Source: Balanoglossus misakiensis (taxonomy: Eukaryota; Animalia; Hemichordata). From it: DNA of 64,000 nt. This document shows, one piece after another, positions 46,320-60,300 of this stretch. The stretch lies in NCBI GenBank assembly GCA_040954595.2, contig CM082577.2, forward strand, positions 3,720,305 to 3,784,304, in the 5' to 3' direction. The notes beneath the pieces were generated by a model. The model was not told the origin of the DNA. It made no database searches and saw nothing but the letters and a program-made list of their open reading frames with translations. Made by a program: the position numbers and the translations under genes. The number at the start of each line of letters is the position of its first letter. The first letter of the stretch is position 1.

Positions 46320-49075
46320 AGTGCTAAGTGATATTTTCCTCAAAATCCTTTCAACTGCGATCAGAAGAACTGGGTATTTATGAGTGCGTGGGCATATATG
46401 TACCTGATCGGCCCAGTGACACCGAGCATTTTGCCTTGAAACGACGGGGAAATACATGCATGCCATTATACTCACAATGTTTCAAACTCAACTTGGTCAA
46501 GAATTTGAAGGAAGGTCGCCAGTTATACTGACAGGCTTTCCCCTTCAGGGGGAATATTGTCATGACTATCATGTGCGAATCTTGAGAAAGTAGATTTGCT
46601 CTCACCTCTGGCACGCAGAGGGCAGGGTGGCACCATTAAACATGTTACCTTAGATTGAATTTCAGGAAAAGTATGCGAAATAATATTTATATTACTCATC
46701 CGTCAAAATAAACAGCAATTAAAGGCCGGTCTGCCGTGACAGATTTCCCGGGGTTTTAAACACCCGGAGGCTAAACGTCCACGTTAACCCGCCTGTTTTG
46801 CATTTTTCTTCAGTGTCGAAAATTGAAGTGCGCGATTGGGTCGCGTTGGTGTTGGTTTGCTACACATTAACTCAGCGTGTGGCAGTTACACGCGGTGGCT
46901 TTATTACTTTTCTCTAATTCATCAATACCATCTACAAAGACCCGGTCGGGCTAGTGCAATTCAGCAGTGCCGTATTAGTCACGAAGACGATACATGCTAT
47001 CACACCAGCAGAGTAGGAATTGAAACAGTTTTCTCATATAATGTTATAAGCTACCGCAGTGGTCATGATTTCCCGTGTCCGTATATGATAATGCGTGCAT
47101 GTATAACAATGCAGTTGGCGAAAAATATATGAAATTACGAACTGCCACCGTATTCTAAGTTCTGTTTAGAGTCATCTCCGTTTAATTATTTTCAACTTGA
47201 AGCTTGTCTGTAGATGGCAGGGAGGATCGTGTCTGGAATAAAAAATGCATACATATTCAAGACAGCGCGCCGCCTGTCTGAACTTTTCCGTAGATTAGAC
47301 GCAAGTTGTACCAAACAACCCCTTTCATCGTCTGTGCTTTCACAAAGGCCGTTGACATCTTCACGTTACATGCAGCCCACGTTTCGATCTTTCATCCATT
47401 ACCCTCGGAGGACGAGTGTTTGTTCAAAGTTTGAGTGGCAGACACGGTCTGTTCTACTTGGTGTCTGCTGTCTGTTTTTCTACGCTTCTCTGGTCTCGTT
47501 TCGCGATACAGGTCAAGTTGTTTCTGCTCACTGTTGGCGTTTTCAAACCACGAGATACGCGCAGTCTTTCGAGAACTCGATACCTTCATTTTAACATCAC
47601 ATCACCTGGTGAAACTCTCAGAGGATATTATCACGAAAAGTTATACGCAATCATTAAAATGAGACTACCGTATCGATTATCAAACAATCTAATTTTCAAA
47701 GTTTCAAAACTGGTCTTATACAAATATGACGAAATTATAACAGCGAGAAATTCGTGGACATGCAGACATTTGCTTTTTCAGACTTTCGGGATCAATGGGG
47801 CTATTCAAGTTTTCGCGTAACACGGATTGGATTTACAAAAGGTAAAACCAGTAACCGCAGGCAAAGTTGCATTTATGAATTTTGATTTACTTAGCTGCAT
47901 CTGCAATAATTCAATTACTATTGACTTTTCGGGTAGACACTTCCTTAAGTTGCTAATGACACGTCTACTAAAGGTAAAAGTTGACTCTTGCGAAATTGGG
48001 AAAGTCATGTTTATATCGTAAATCTGGGGCAAATCTGCAGGTCGGGATCAAAATTCCAGAAAAATGTGGAAAAAGTTACCAGGGTTAATTTTTGGAAGAT
48101 GACGACAAGTTTATTAGTCGTTGAAAGGGTTAACCTGGAAGCCATTTTGTATGTAGTTCCATAACGACGACGAATAAAATCCCCTCAGGCGAGTGCTGCA
48201 GCTCGACACCTTTATTTTCAATTAAAAGCAATCAACGAGTCTTAGCTTTCGCAAAGAAGTCTCGCCACACCGGAAAGACTTGATCAATACTCCGCATCTA
48301 TCATGTTCCGATGGAAAAGCCATTTTAAATGGGTAACTTAATCCCAGTTCTTCTAACCCTCCAATGTTGCGCCGCGGCGTTTTTTGCCGCGGGGCACATA
48401 TTTGTCATGTCGTTCAATGGTGAGCCCAGTAATAGTCAATGCTACTGCAAACGCACCGCGGAAATTCTTCGTCGGAATAAAAGTCGTGGTTTAATATGAT
48501 ATTGGCCACCTTCTATGTAGAGGTTTATGAAATTAAACCTTACAATTTGTGGTAAACCTCCTCAGACCTGCAGGCCTTCAAGTTGAGTTTTGCAACATGT
48601 TTAACTTCTCACCATCCTGCAGAAATAGAAAAGCGTGGGAGGATTGACAAAAGTACAATTTTCTGCAGCCGAAGTTGCTTATACGCGTGTCTCGCTAAAA
48701 TTGACAGCTGCGCAGAGAAAGTATAACTCGAAAATACTGCGTGGTAAGTGGGGCGAATGACCACGTGCCCTGTGTCTACCGACATGAAACATTTGGTCGT
48801 TGCATGTGCTTCAATAATATGATCTGTCTGGTGCTTGCAAACAAGCATGTTTATATAAGACAGTGTGTTGACCTCAACCGGTGTTATGGTAACGCTACCG
48901 ATGCAGTCGGAGCGTGCAGATGTCAAAATAAATACGGCGTGGTAGAGTCGGTCAGGGGCATTAACTTTCTTCAAAAGGCATATGTAAATCTTTGGTAGAT
49001 GGTGCAAGAGTTGGCAGTCTGTGCTACATAGTCTGACACGATCGGGCACAACTTGAAAGTTCACAGGAGCCCCAT

Positions 49076-49114
49076 TCGTTCGTTCGTTCATTCATTCATT
49101 CATTCATTCATTCA
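49076..49114. repeat. (TTCG)n/(TTCA)n microsatellite
   Basis: Read directly. Confidence 0.85.
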
Positions 49115-51471
49115 GATGTTCTGGTAAAAAGATTTGTCTATGGATATTTTCGCTTGAAATTTAAAAATGATTTTTTAAACTAAAATATCCAGCACCCATA
49201 TCGCAATAAATAAAATGGTATTCAACTGGATCAAAATACTATACCTTTTGCGTGTGCGTCAGTATTCTTCACAGGAAAGCCCATGCGAATTAAAGTACTG
49301 CTGCTTTGTAGATGCCGACGTTTAATTCAAGACTATCCCGCCACCATATGGCAGGCATTCAGTAACATTTTACAGGAGTTGCATATTTATTTAATATGGA
49401 GAATATATCACTTCCACTTGTAAAAATTCTCAAATATGAACTTAGTTTGGAGGTGTGACCAGATGGGTTGTCGATCAAATCGTAATCGCGTGCCCATCAA
49501 AAATGAATGGAGAGGTGGAACTATTACAAGCATACAGAGACAGTGACACACCGCGGACTGATTACGTTTTACTATTCGAATGTTTATAGCCAAACCAAAG
49601 ATGTCACTCGCCGTCTGCTTAATCTAAATGTTCCCTTCATTGCAACAGAAGTTCGAGCTACTGCATGATACCATTTAGTCGTAATGCACAGTATGGTGAG
49701 GGGAAAATTATGTTGTTTTAGTCGCGAATGTTTACCATGATGGAATATGTGTTTTGTCCACTATTGTAAAGAACATCATCCATATGCCACCACATTTAGC
49801 ATTTAATCCACCTGAAAAAAATATCGTGACGGGGAATCATATATCAAACGCCGACGCACGACAGACATACTTCTCCGGGGGCGCGTATAGTCATCATTCC
49901 GCATTGCGCATGCTTCAAATAAAAACTACCTGTACAGGGTACAATTAGGTATTCATGAACCAGGGCGGACTAAGTATTCTGCTTTGTTGGTGTAATCGGG
50001 GCTCAACCGTGATATCGATATCGCCTAGACATCGGTGAGACCGGATCAGCTTCCAGAGTAATTCTTGAATTGCGTTGGGATGGCAACTATTGCGTTAAGT
50101 GCTCACGATTCGAAAAGAAATGGGAAGGATAGTCATTCCCCGTACGTGTATAATTTATCGTCCATTCTTTGTTCTGTGGCATGGGCAGCGTTGGCGGATT
50201 CGAGCGGATCAGCGCGGCTGCACATCGCTCTTGTCATCGCAGAGTACAGCTTTGTTGCGTGCCACGCTTTTAGCGTCGGTGACAAGACGTTAATCTTCCC
50301 CCTGGGAGGGATGGGGAGGTAAAAAACGTGCAGTCATTTTTCATGGCACAGTAGAACTGCATGAATGATTTACGCGTTCTGGTCAATTCGATATCGCCAG
50401 TTAACTCAGTGGAACGTGATTGCGCAGAGAAAAAAATAAGGTTGGGAATTTGTGCGCTGGCACTGTTTCGAAGCCGTATTTTACTGAATTGCCGAAAGCC
50501 GGTAGAACGCCATAGTTGTTGGCATATGACTAGCTTCTATAGCTAAGACTTGAACAGAATTGAATTCAAACATACATGTAGGCCTATAAATTAGCTCTGT
50601 TGAAAAGTCCAATACTAGGCATTTCGTATAGTGCTTCAGAAATTCGATAAAAACACTACGGTGGATACATAAAACATAAAACACTGGAAACAAATCCAAA
50701 AGTTACGGGCAATGGAGCCCGCGGAGAAATCAAATCTCGCGGAAACACGTTTCAGTGAACAGAGGGTCACGAGAAAACCAAACAGAGACCAGAGCGCGCC
50801 GTCAACGACGTGATCAAGATAATATGCAAGTACTTAGTGTTGATGTAAAGACAGCCCATTCCGAAAAAAGTAGAAGCGGTTACGTAGTTGATTTTCAAAA
50901 TCTACAAGAATCCACTTAGATGGCGATTGCATTTTGTATTTGTTAGAATCAAGTGGACTGTAAATCTGAATTGAAATTCTAAACAACGTTTAGTTACCTG
51001 CAAATATGTAGAGTGGAGAATACTCACTTTGAATCTTAGCATTCGCGCTTTTGCGTCGAGCGGGGTTTCCTAAACTGTCCACCGCGCAAAACGGCATGAT
51101 ATAATTGCCCTCGACATGAGGCTAATCTTATGGAATGTTAGGAATACATATTCTAAATTCCGTCGATAAGATCTTTCCGAAAACCCCGAGTTTTTCCTTG
51201 TCACCATGCAAGGTCACAAAGATTAACATGCTCAGGAAATTAATCAAATTTCAATGTCATCGAAATAACGTGTATGATACACACAAGGTTGTAACATCAA
51301 TAGGAGCCACTCGAAGCTGTTGAGTTCAAGTAAATTTCTATGGCTGTTTCCAGCCTTCGCAGTGTCATAGTGTAAATCTACAATTTAATCAATTGAATGC
51401 GTCGTGCTGTCGTTCACTGGATATGAGCTCTACCATAGTGCCGCTGTGCATATATTTTCTTTTATTCAACA

Positions 51472-51572
51472 CAGAGTTTGGCGGTCATTTTGAATTTCAC
51501 ATTTGTGACTATTTTTTGAGGCAATTTCCACCTCTCTTCAAAATTTTGCACGGTGAACCCCCCCCCCCCCCC
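51472..51572 (-). mobile_element. Internal fragment of the Kolobok-like MITE family, inverted
   Basis: Reverse complement ggggttcaccgtgcaaaattttgaagagagg...aattcaaaatgaccgccaaactc aligns with 39452-39525 (ggggtccccgtgcaagatatcgaacgagagag...aattcaaaatggccgccaatctc). Confidence 0.7.
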
Positions 51573-52103
51573 CGCTCATTTTCCTTCTCAGATATACATT
51601 CCTATAACTTGATTTACTTCAAGCAACGCCACTGTCATAATCTTGTTATTAATATGTGTATTTTGGAATGGAAAAAAATATCAAATTACTATGCTGTCAT
51701 TCAAGCGTAGGTATCCGGAATAAGACCGCCAATATGTTTAAGGTATTACCCTGGCAGTCGGTCGGAACTATAATTTCCTTTCGGATCAACTCAGATCTGA
51801 TCTCGCCTGTGATCAACAACCGCTAGAATTGTAATTTGGTTTCCCGCGCGTGTGGACGTGACGCTAATTCGTTTGAAAGCTCTTTATCTGTCAGACAAGG
51901 AACAAAAGATACGGCGAGGAAGAATCCGAACCCGTGCATACCCGGCGCCGGAGGTGTCAAATACGTCGGGCGAGGGTATACGTTGAGGGCGAAGGTGGTT
52001 TTCATATTGTGTTATTGCAAATCATTTAGATCTTTGCGGTTTTCGTTTCGGGTGTAGATATACTCACATGTGCGTATGAATCACTGTGCCATGATGGCTG
52101 CCA

Positions 52104-52162
52104 GTCTGTCTGTCTGTATGTATGTATGTGTGTGTGTGTGTGTGTGTGGATTGATGGATGGA
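52104..52162. repeat. Compound microsatellite (TCTG)(TATG)(TG)(GGAT)
   Basis: Read directly. Confidence 0.85.
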
Positions 52163-52717
52163 TTCCGTGATATTGTTATCGCCACACGTGCAGCGACTAC
52201 AGAATTTCCAATCAAATCAATACGACACGTCTCGCGTTCATTGGAAAGTATTCTATATATACTCTCAGTCCTTTGTGCACCCACGACACGTGATTGCTTT
52301 CCGGTGTGTCTGCGCTGGGATACATGCACTTTGCCACTTGTGTATAGGAAAGCCCCGCTCCAGTAAGCAGATGTGTCTTCAACGCACAGCATATAGACCT
52401 TGTCGGGTATACATGTACGTAAGTGACACTCTGAACCATATTTGTATATTTTAGGTTTGTAAAAAGGTGAATTAGAAGGCATACCCTGGATTACGTCATC
52501 GGACGTCACGTGCACTCAGCATACATAAAGGTGAGTGTTGCATATTACGATTTTACTTGTCAGCTAAAGTTGCAGAGTATGTAAATAAACGACATGTCGG
52601 AAAGACTCGCAAAACTCCGAAGTTCAAGACAGCTTACTCCCTACTGCATTGCCCGGGAATGGCGACCAATACAAATTCGTCTAACCTTGACATTTTCATT
52701 TTGCATTGAACGAGAAT

Positions 52718-52757
52718 TGCTGGTGTTGCTTTGTACATGCTGGTGTTGCTTTGTACA
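52718..52757 (+). repeat. 20-bp tandem duplication
   Basis: tgctggtgttgctttgtaca twice in tandem. Confidence 0.85.
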
Positions 52758-54353
52758 AATTACTCTACATGTTCAGATAAAGTATTAACCGCTAAATGGC
52801 GCTTTATATGTTTCCCCTGCGACGACAGTTAAAATGTTACTCAGGCTGTGCACTTGAACAGCTGGGTCGGTCGGTCGGTGCTGATACCGATTGACGTTGA
52901 AAAAGTACCTTCGCTCTTTTTACGAGAAAGAGCACGGCTCATTTCTCTCCTTATCTCTCTTCATTAACTCTGCCCGTCACTTTGTGATTTGTGTCCACAA
53001 AACTCCCGCGATTTACGCCGTTCAGAGGCCAAGGTGGCGGTATACGCCACACACGGACAGTTGTATTCTGACACAATTTCCACGGGCGATATTTGGCATG
53101 GTTTGACTGTATTTTAACCGGGGAATATAAAACAAAATATCCAGGTACGTCAGCGACCCGAACAAACATTGCACTCGGAACAACATAGCCTCATAGTTCC
53201 CCTTGAACCACACCACAGGATAGCCTCTTAATTTGATTCAGTATGATGAGCATAATTTGTACCACAAATAGCATAGCAGTTAATCTTGTTTCAGAGTTTT
53301 ACATAATATTTGAATGTTTGCGAAACATTGAGATGCATAATCGACGGTGGTGTTAATCATACCATTGCAATTATTACATTTGTCCAATATTGTCATGTCA
53401 TCAAGGAACGGACTGGTTTCCATACGTGTGCGTTGCACGCATATGTCATATTACATCAGCTTATACCATGTAACCTTTATTACCCCTTTAAAGCTCATCA
53501 GGAAAAGCATACGCTCAGTGATGAGATGAGATTTTTATGTGGTGTGGTCGTCCGCTGATGAATCTTTTTACCTACACCACCTCTTTTCGATTAGGGAGTA
53601 CAATCCTCCGGTTTACATAACTACAAGTCCACTTTCGTTCTCTGGCGGGTTTTTGAGCAATTTATCTTGTGACTTGCAGGATTCACCCTAAAAGAAAATT
53701 TACCCGTTTCCACTACTTTACAGACAGCTGTTGTATATTTGGTATATGTGGGCAATTATCGCCTGTCGCCAAATCCGCTCGAAACATGAAGCAGATTTTG
53801 GAAGAGAGATTACTGTAAAGTATTATTAAATAAGTTTTGTCTGGAACAATGTTATTGCAATTTATGAATGCCACAGAAGGTCACGTCTCTCGTGACAGCG
53901 ATGTGGCTAATGGAATATCCGTTGATGTTAGGTATGATGCTTGTCTGATAAAACTACCGCGAATGCGATCGTTCAAAAAGAGTAGGCTGAAAACGGGGTT
54001 CTCCTGAATGTCAAAATGCGGCATACTTCACCGAGGGAATTAATCGAAGGAAAATAACCCAGAAATTCTGGTTAGACTGAGAGGTGCGTATAATGACGGA
54101 TTTAGACCTTGCAAATCGTAATTTGTACAGTGGATCTCTGGAAGTCGATCAACGCGCGAATCACTAGGGGTAAATACATGTGATGTGTAATTTAATTTGT
54201 GCTTTAGCAATGTGACAGGATACACGAGGTCCGTGCATACAACAAACCAGCAATTGTCGACGCGAATTACACTCAACAAGCTCGGACCAGTGGTCCTAGC
54301 AACAACCGATTTGTGCCACGTGACAGGTGACATCTAACCCTTACCACAATTCA

Positions 54354-54530
54354 CCCCAAATTAAATGGCCGATCCCTTAAATACCACAAGCTTGAAACAC
54401 CGGCTCCCCCAAATTAAACGATCTGTCCCTTAATACCACAAAAACAGAGCAATAACCCCGTAATAAACGGTATGTCCCTTAATCAATGCCGTGAGTGAAA
54501 ACGCGACCACAAAATAAATGACATATGCCA
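54354..54530 (+). repeat. Degenerate tandem repeat of about 52 bp (3-4 copies)
   Basis: cccc.aattaaa.g....tccctta(a)atacca at 54354, 54407 and 54456, plus a partial fourth copy. Confidence 0.7.
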
Positions 54531-57141
54531 TAAAACGAGTATAGTAGAACAACAATCGTGTAAGAACGAATGCGTTGTTCTTTAATACTGGAAAACGTGA
54601 ACAAATCAAACTTAGTGGTGTTGACCCGCTTCATGTTTTCTTTAATCTTAATGAAAACGTCGAAGTAGGCAACGCAGCCATTTTCACAGTCGTGTAGCTG
54701 ATATTGTGTGCTAACATTGTGAAGCTTCGCACTGCATCATACAGTAAGTGACGATTTTTTTAAAATGCGTATTTGTGATCTTTAACGAGTGCTACAGCTT
54801 GGAAGCATTACAACTATTTAGATTCCACACTGCATTTATGTATCATTTTGCAATTTATAATACTTTAATACTAATACTGTGGAACATTATGGGTGAAAAT
54901 GGATAGGTCACCGTATGCAAAATCCAGCATCCGCAGAATCCGTACCTTATGAAGAAGAAACAAGACAACGCATTCAAAGTGGGGGACATTTACTACCATT
55001 CTTTACTGTAAAGATGACAAAATGCAGTTTCGGTGGAGATTTCAATCTGTATGTACTTTTTATGCATTTTCCCATATTTACATAACTTAAATTCAGTACG
55101 AAAGTTAGACTATATTAATTACAACAAACGCTGACAATTAAGGCTTGTAATGTTTCCGATGTGATTTAAATTTAAGCAAATTAGAACGCCAGCGAGAAAA
55201 GAAATGGGTCTGATAATCAATTCGGTATATCCGTCTCGGCGCTGGGATTACGGACCTATTTTTTCGAACCATATGTAATAGGATATATAACATACATTGA
55301 ATAGCTGGATGACATCGTTCGGAGCAAATCGCTGCGGCGCATACTCGGTTGATCGCGTAAATTGAAACTGTCAATGGGGATGATCTGTGACGCCGCCATT
55401 CTTAAAATCCACATACCTTGAAGGCCCCCCAGCTTGGCCAGCATCTGTTTCTGTGCCACATCAAAGCGAGCCAAACTAAAATAGCTAATTCTTTGCCTCG
55501 CATGGAAAGCCGTGCAATAGCTCAAACGATAAAGACTCGCGCACTCAATAATACGCCGGCGTTTCAGACATAAATATTTAGCGTTCTTGAGAACAGTTCG
55601 GGATAAGTGCAGACTTGCAAAAAAAAACCTCTGACTTATCTCCGTGGTTGTTTGAAATGCATTTTAAAAAGGCCGATATCGCTGGGAGCTACATGTGTGT
55701 GTTGAATCACACTGTGCTTTCAGGGATTACAGCGCTTATTTTAAATAACTACGAGAAAGAAAGAATGCACTTCGAGGGACTTCTGTTCCATTTGCGGTGG
55801 TTACAAGCGCCGCTTTATCGTCGAGATATTCGCCTTCGCTTGCGCACATGGCAAGTGTCAAAGGTCAACAGCATCCGAAGTAAAAGTCTTGCAACTTTCC
55901 GACACTGACCTGCTTTTCGGTGAATGCGAGTATTTCGCATGTCTCCCAGAGAATCGCTGTATCTCACGTTAGATCTGGCGATGGCTTTTGACATTTCGGG
56001 ACAGAGATAGCTAAACCATCTACTTAGAACTTCCATCGGCGGCAGGGCGGTAGCGAATTTATATTTACAAGCGCGCGCGGCACTTTTGAGTCATTCCGAC
56101 AGGATGGGCAAGTAGAATGCTCGGTTGATGAATCATTTCTTAGCAGACAGCTTGGGTTTTGGACGAGAACACGTGCAGTCGTGCAGATATTTCAAGGGGG
56201 TCCAGACAATCCATGCATTCGTCTACGTTTATGTTTTCAACAATTAACAGAATTCCGCCCGGATTCTTTTGTGTTTACTAGAAGTAGGCCTACGTAACAT
56301 TGGTAATGTGCTTCACTTGTGACGAAGCGCTTGGTTGAGATTTGCGCGCACAGACATTGTTTATTGTAAATCGCTAATCGAGAACAGTCTGTTGTCGCTT
56401 TGCAAAAAAAAACGTTTAGTGCTGCCCGTTGCAATTTGTTTCTTTTTTAAACAACACGGCAATAACGCTTGTTTGCACTTTAGGCTTTTTAATAGATTAA
56501 TCTTAACGTGATCTTTCATTAAATATAGTTTCGTCACGTTGGGAAAACATCGTGGACGTCGTTTCAGATTTTTGTTTTATTACACCAATAACAATATGTA
56601 TACCATGCGCACGTACTGCATGGCTCCAAGGAAAGGTGGAACATATGACGGCGATGCACTGCGCATGAAAGCATAACAACACGTGCGTATACCGAACGAT
56701 TACGTATTGATAACATTTTAGTGATGCGTGACATGTTTTTCCTTCTTTGAACAAAATAGGAATACACATGGAAATTTTTCGATTGGATTGTTCTTTGGAC
56801 ATCAATAGAAAATGAATTATTACATGCATGTCGCGCCTTATGTAAATATCTGTCACAACCTTTTTTGCTGTTGCGATACTCTCCAACCTCAGTCTGTCTC
56901 GTTAGTTAAAGGTCTTCAGTCTGAAGAGGTGACGAATCCGAGCTTGAAAAGCGAAGGTCGCTAAATTTCGCGCTCAAAGAATCTTGTGCACCTGGATCTC
57001 AAAAACAGCGAGTGGAAATAATTATGGCAATCTATATCCGTCTCGCGAGGTGTAAGCGTGTGGCGGTGTAACAGATGATTGTCGTCTGTTGAAGTCTGAT
57101 GCACCTAAGCAGACACGCGAAAAGATCTGATCTACTATTTA

Positions 57142-57373
57142 GGGAGCCGTCATTATTTACGGCTGGGGGGAGGGGGTCCGGAGTAATTTCACGAGAAATT
57201 CGTACGTACACGACTAAATCTTTCAGTTGAAATACTGCGATACATTTCCAAATAACGAGTGGTCCTCCTTCTGCATCTCCACTTTTCGAGAAACCACCTT
57301 CCAGTTTTCCATTGTTTGAGAGACCCCCGCTGTGATTCCTCCGACTCCCATGTCATAAGTAATGACAGCTCCC
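57142..57373. mobile_element. PIF/Harbinger (Tourist-like) MITE, 232 bp
   Basis: tta|gggagccgtcattattta ... taagtaatgacagctccc|tta: 18-bp TIRs with 2 mismatches, GGG/CCC termini and a 3-bp TTA target duplication. Confidence 0.85.
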
Positions 57374-60300
57374 TTATGTAATGGTGGCCAGCAGCTATGC
57401 TTAATTTGCCCCAATGACATAACTATGAACAGTATAGAGGGGCGCCATCTAACACACGTCTTTAGCTACAGGACAGTTTCCAAATTGCCCACAAATGCGA
57501 ATTAGTACATACCCACACTAGATCTAAGCTTAGGGTAACACTTCCCGTATGTGAAATGATGATAACCATATCTCTTTTAAAATGGCAATACTTTTGTTGA
57601 GCAGCTAATGTTTCTGTTAAGATTGTACCGCTGGGACCGTATTCTCGCCCGTGAGTGGGAAAAACTATACCGCGGATTCTCTCCGTTCTCTATGAGTTTA
57701 ACCAGCCCACTGATTACTGAATATGTTGATATCAAATGTTGTTTGAGGAAGTGGGTCTTTACTCTGTAAATCCTTCTGGGAGCTCGGCTAAAATCGGCGC
57801 GGTCCTTTCTTGAAGACAATTTTTTTCTTTGTCAATAATAGACATTGCAGCACATGTTGGAAGGATAGCAGCCATCGGCGGCTAATGGATTCAACCTTTT
57901 GGGTGGCTTCGTGGAAGGAAATGCGATTCTAATGATAACCCGAGGAAACATGTGCACTTGTTGTATCCCATCAAGTGATTGACAACGCCCGCGGCAAAGC
58001 GTTCAAGTTACACCGCTCGGTTTATGGTCGGAACGACGTACCGGCATGCGTGTTCGTGTTGCCCCCCCCCCCCCCCAAATTACCGTTATTAGCGAATTAG
58101 AGACTTTTACGCTAAGGGTTGGTGATTAACCTGGCGAACGAGGTGACTCAAACATCTCCCCATCTCAAATGGAAAATAACGATCTACGAACGTCACTGCT
58201 TTGAAAGCCTTGAACCATTCCGATAAAACTAATATATCTCTTAATTCACGTGACCTGAGCAGCGTACTACGCGGAGTTTTATTTCCGATCGCAGATTCAC
58301 ACAGTCAGGAACGCGAACAGTGCCGTTTACAGTCGGCAATTACCCTGTACATTAAGGGTATTTCGACAATGCAAAGCACACCGAAATACCTAACACAACT
58401 ACCGGTATTAAACTCCATCACATAACATATCCTAGAAACATCATGCCCGCATATTCTACTTACCAATGCCTAGTGGCCTAGAATTGGACACATGCCGCTA
58501 CTCAGTCTGTCCGATAATAAGAAGGCTTGTAAACGCCACTTTTCGCTTGAGAATTAGAGCATTTTTTTCTTGTGTAAGCTGTAATTGAAAATAGGTACAA
58601 TTAAATGTTGAGTTATATGCACATTACAGCATAGACCGGAAGAACCTTCTATGTTAAACTTTAATGTACAAAAGTTGTAGAAGTACAAACGTGTGCGTGT
58701 ATGTATATGTACATGTATGTATGTGTATATATGTGAGTGCTTCAGATAATGGCCACAGCATACCCCCAGCGCTGTAAGGGACTGTGTCATTTATTTATCT
58801 TGTGTGAGTTTAATGGGAATACTTATAGCTTTGCCGAATTATTCACCCTTTCCCACCTTAGATATTTCACCTTCTAAACGGTGATCTGTTCTCGAGGGCA
58901 GGTAACAGTGGTTTCTAAGGATCATTGCAGGGTTCACTTTACTCCGTATTTCCCCGACAATCATGTAAATGTTAATAAAAGGGTCGGCGAGTTGACAGGA
59001 CTATTATTCAGCATTGTTAAAAATGTTGAGGGCGCTGTAATATGCAAATCTCCAAAGGCCAATTTGTGTTGCTTTCGTCGCCGACAGACCACAAACGTTA
59101 TCACGTGCATCACGGATTTCATTCTCTCGTCGGAATTAATCTATGCAAATTAGGCCTCCCTGGAAAATCTCACATCCAAAATTGAGTTCAGTCCTTTTAA
59201 TTTCCGCCCTGCACTTCCCGTGGAAATGCGATTTGGTATTAGCAGTCAAGTTCACCCCTATGTGACGTTCCCCGCCGCTGCCGCCTAAACGACGAAAGCT
59301 TTAAATTAAGGAAAGGCAATTTGGCGCGAGAAACGACATTTTAGCCTAGTCTCCGCGGTGTCACACGTTTATCAGTATCCGCTCTTGAAATACTATATCG
59401 CATCCGGAGTGTGCGCGGAATTGAACAACGTCAATTTCTAAGGCACTCGGCTTGCATGGGAATGCAAATCACAGTACGTACGACCTTCTTTTTCACCAGT
59501 CACTCTTCCATATTAAAAACGACAGAAGAACCCTCTTCTATTGCGTGCCCAACCCAGTTGAAGAGAGGTCACTTAGGGTAGCAAAACCATTTCCCCAAAA
59601 CTAATAAAATAAAAAAAATGTGCATATAAAATTTGTTATCTGCGTAGAAAACACGTTTTCAAGGTGAGCAAACACATCTAAGCGTATTATGCCCTGGCAT
59701 AGTTCACGCGGCATCACGAAGAGACGCAGACACGCGCCGCTAACGAGATTTGTCTTATCGGATATGCATTCCACTATTTCTGCCGGGGGAATTATCCCTC
59801 CGTATAAAGTTCCATTTACTACATTTTTTTTTCCTTTCTCACCAGCATCTCCCGTCTTGCAATGGTAATCAGTATTGAATACATGTAGTCCCATGACTTG
59901 TTTTCCCTTTTTTATCCAAGTTCTCTTGAAGTCATTTCACCAATTTTTTATGATGATGATGCTAAAATAATAAGAAATGTGAACAAGATGAAAGATATAG
60001 GAAGGAGCGCATGTCTACTTGATGATTATCGTCCGTTGATCGAAATGTAAATTCTAAAGGTGGTAGAAGTTCAAATTATTTTTCTCGAATATAATTTTAG
60101 ATGATATCTAACGAAATCGAAATTACCCCCAATCGAGATATGCTGGTGGGAACCATGATAACTGCGTAAAATGTCGAGAGGACACTACTCCAAAAATGAC
60201 CGTTTTCTTGCAGTTGGCCTTTCTCTATAGTCATTGCGATCTAACGGATAACATGGGGAGTAATTGGCGATAGTGGCGAAAATTATACATGTACAACCGA

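Noticed and set aside
47214-47594. 126-aa ATG ORF with a hydrophobic stretch
   Set aside because: No recognisable domain, weak donor and no compatible neighbouring exons. Cannot be supported without RNA data.
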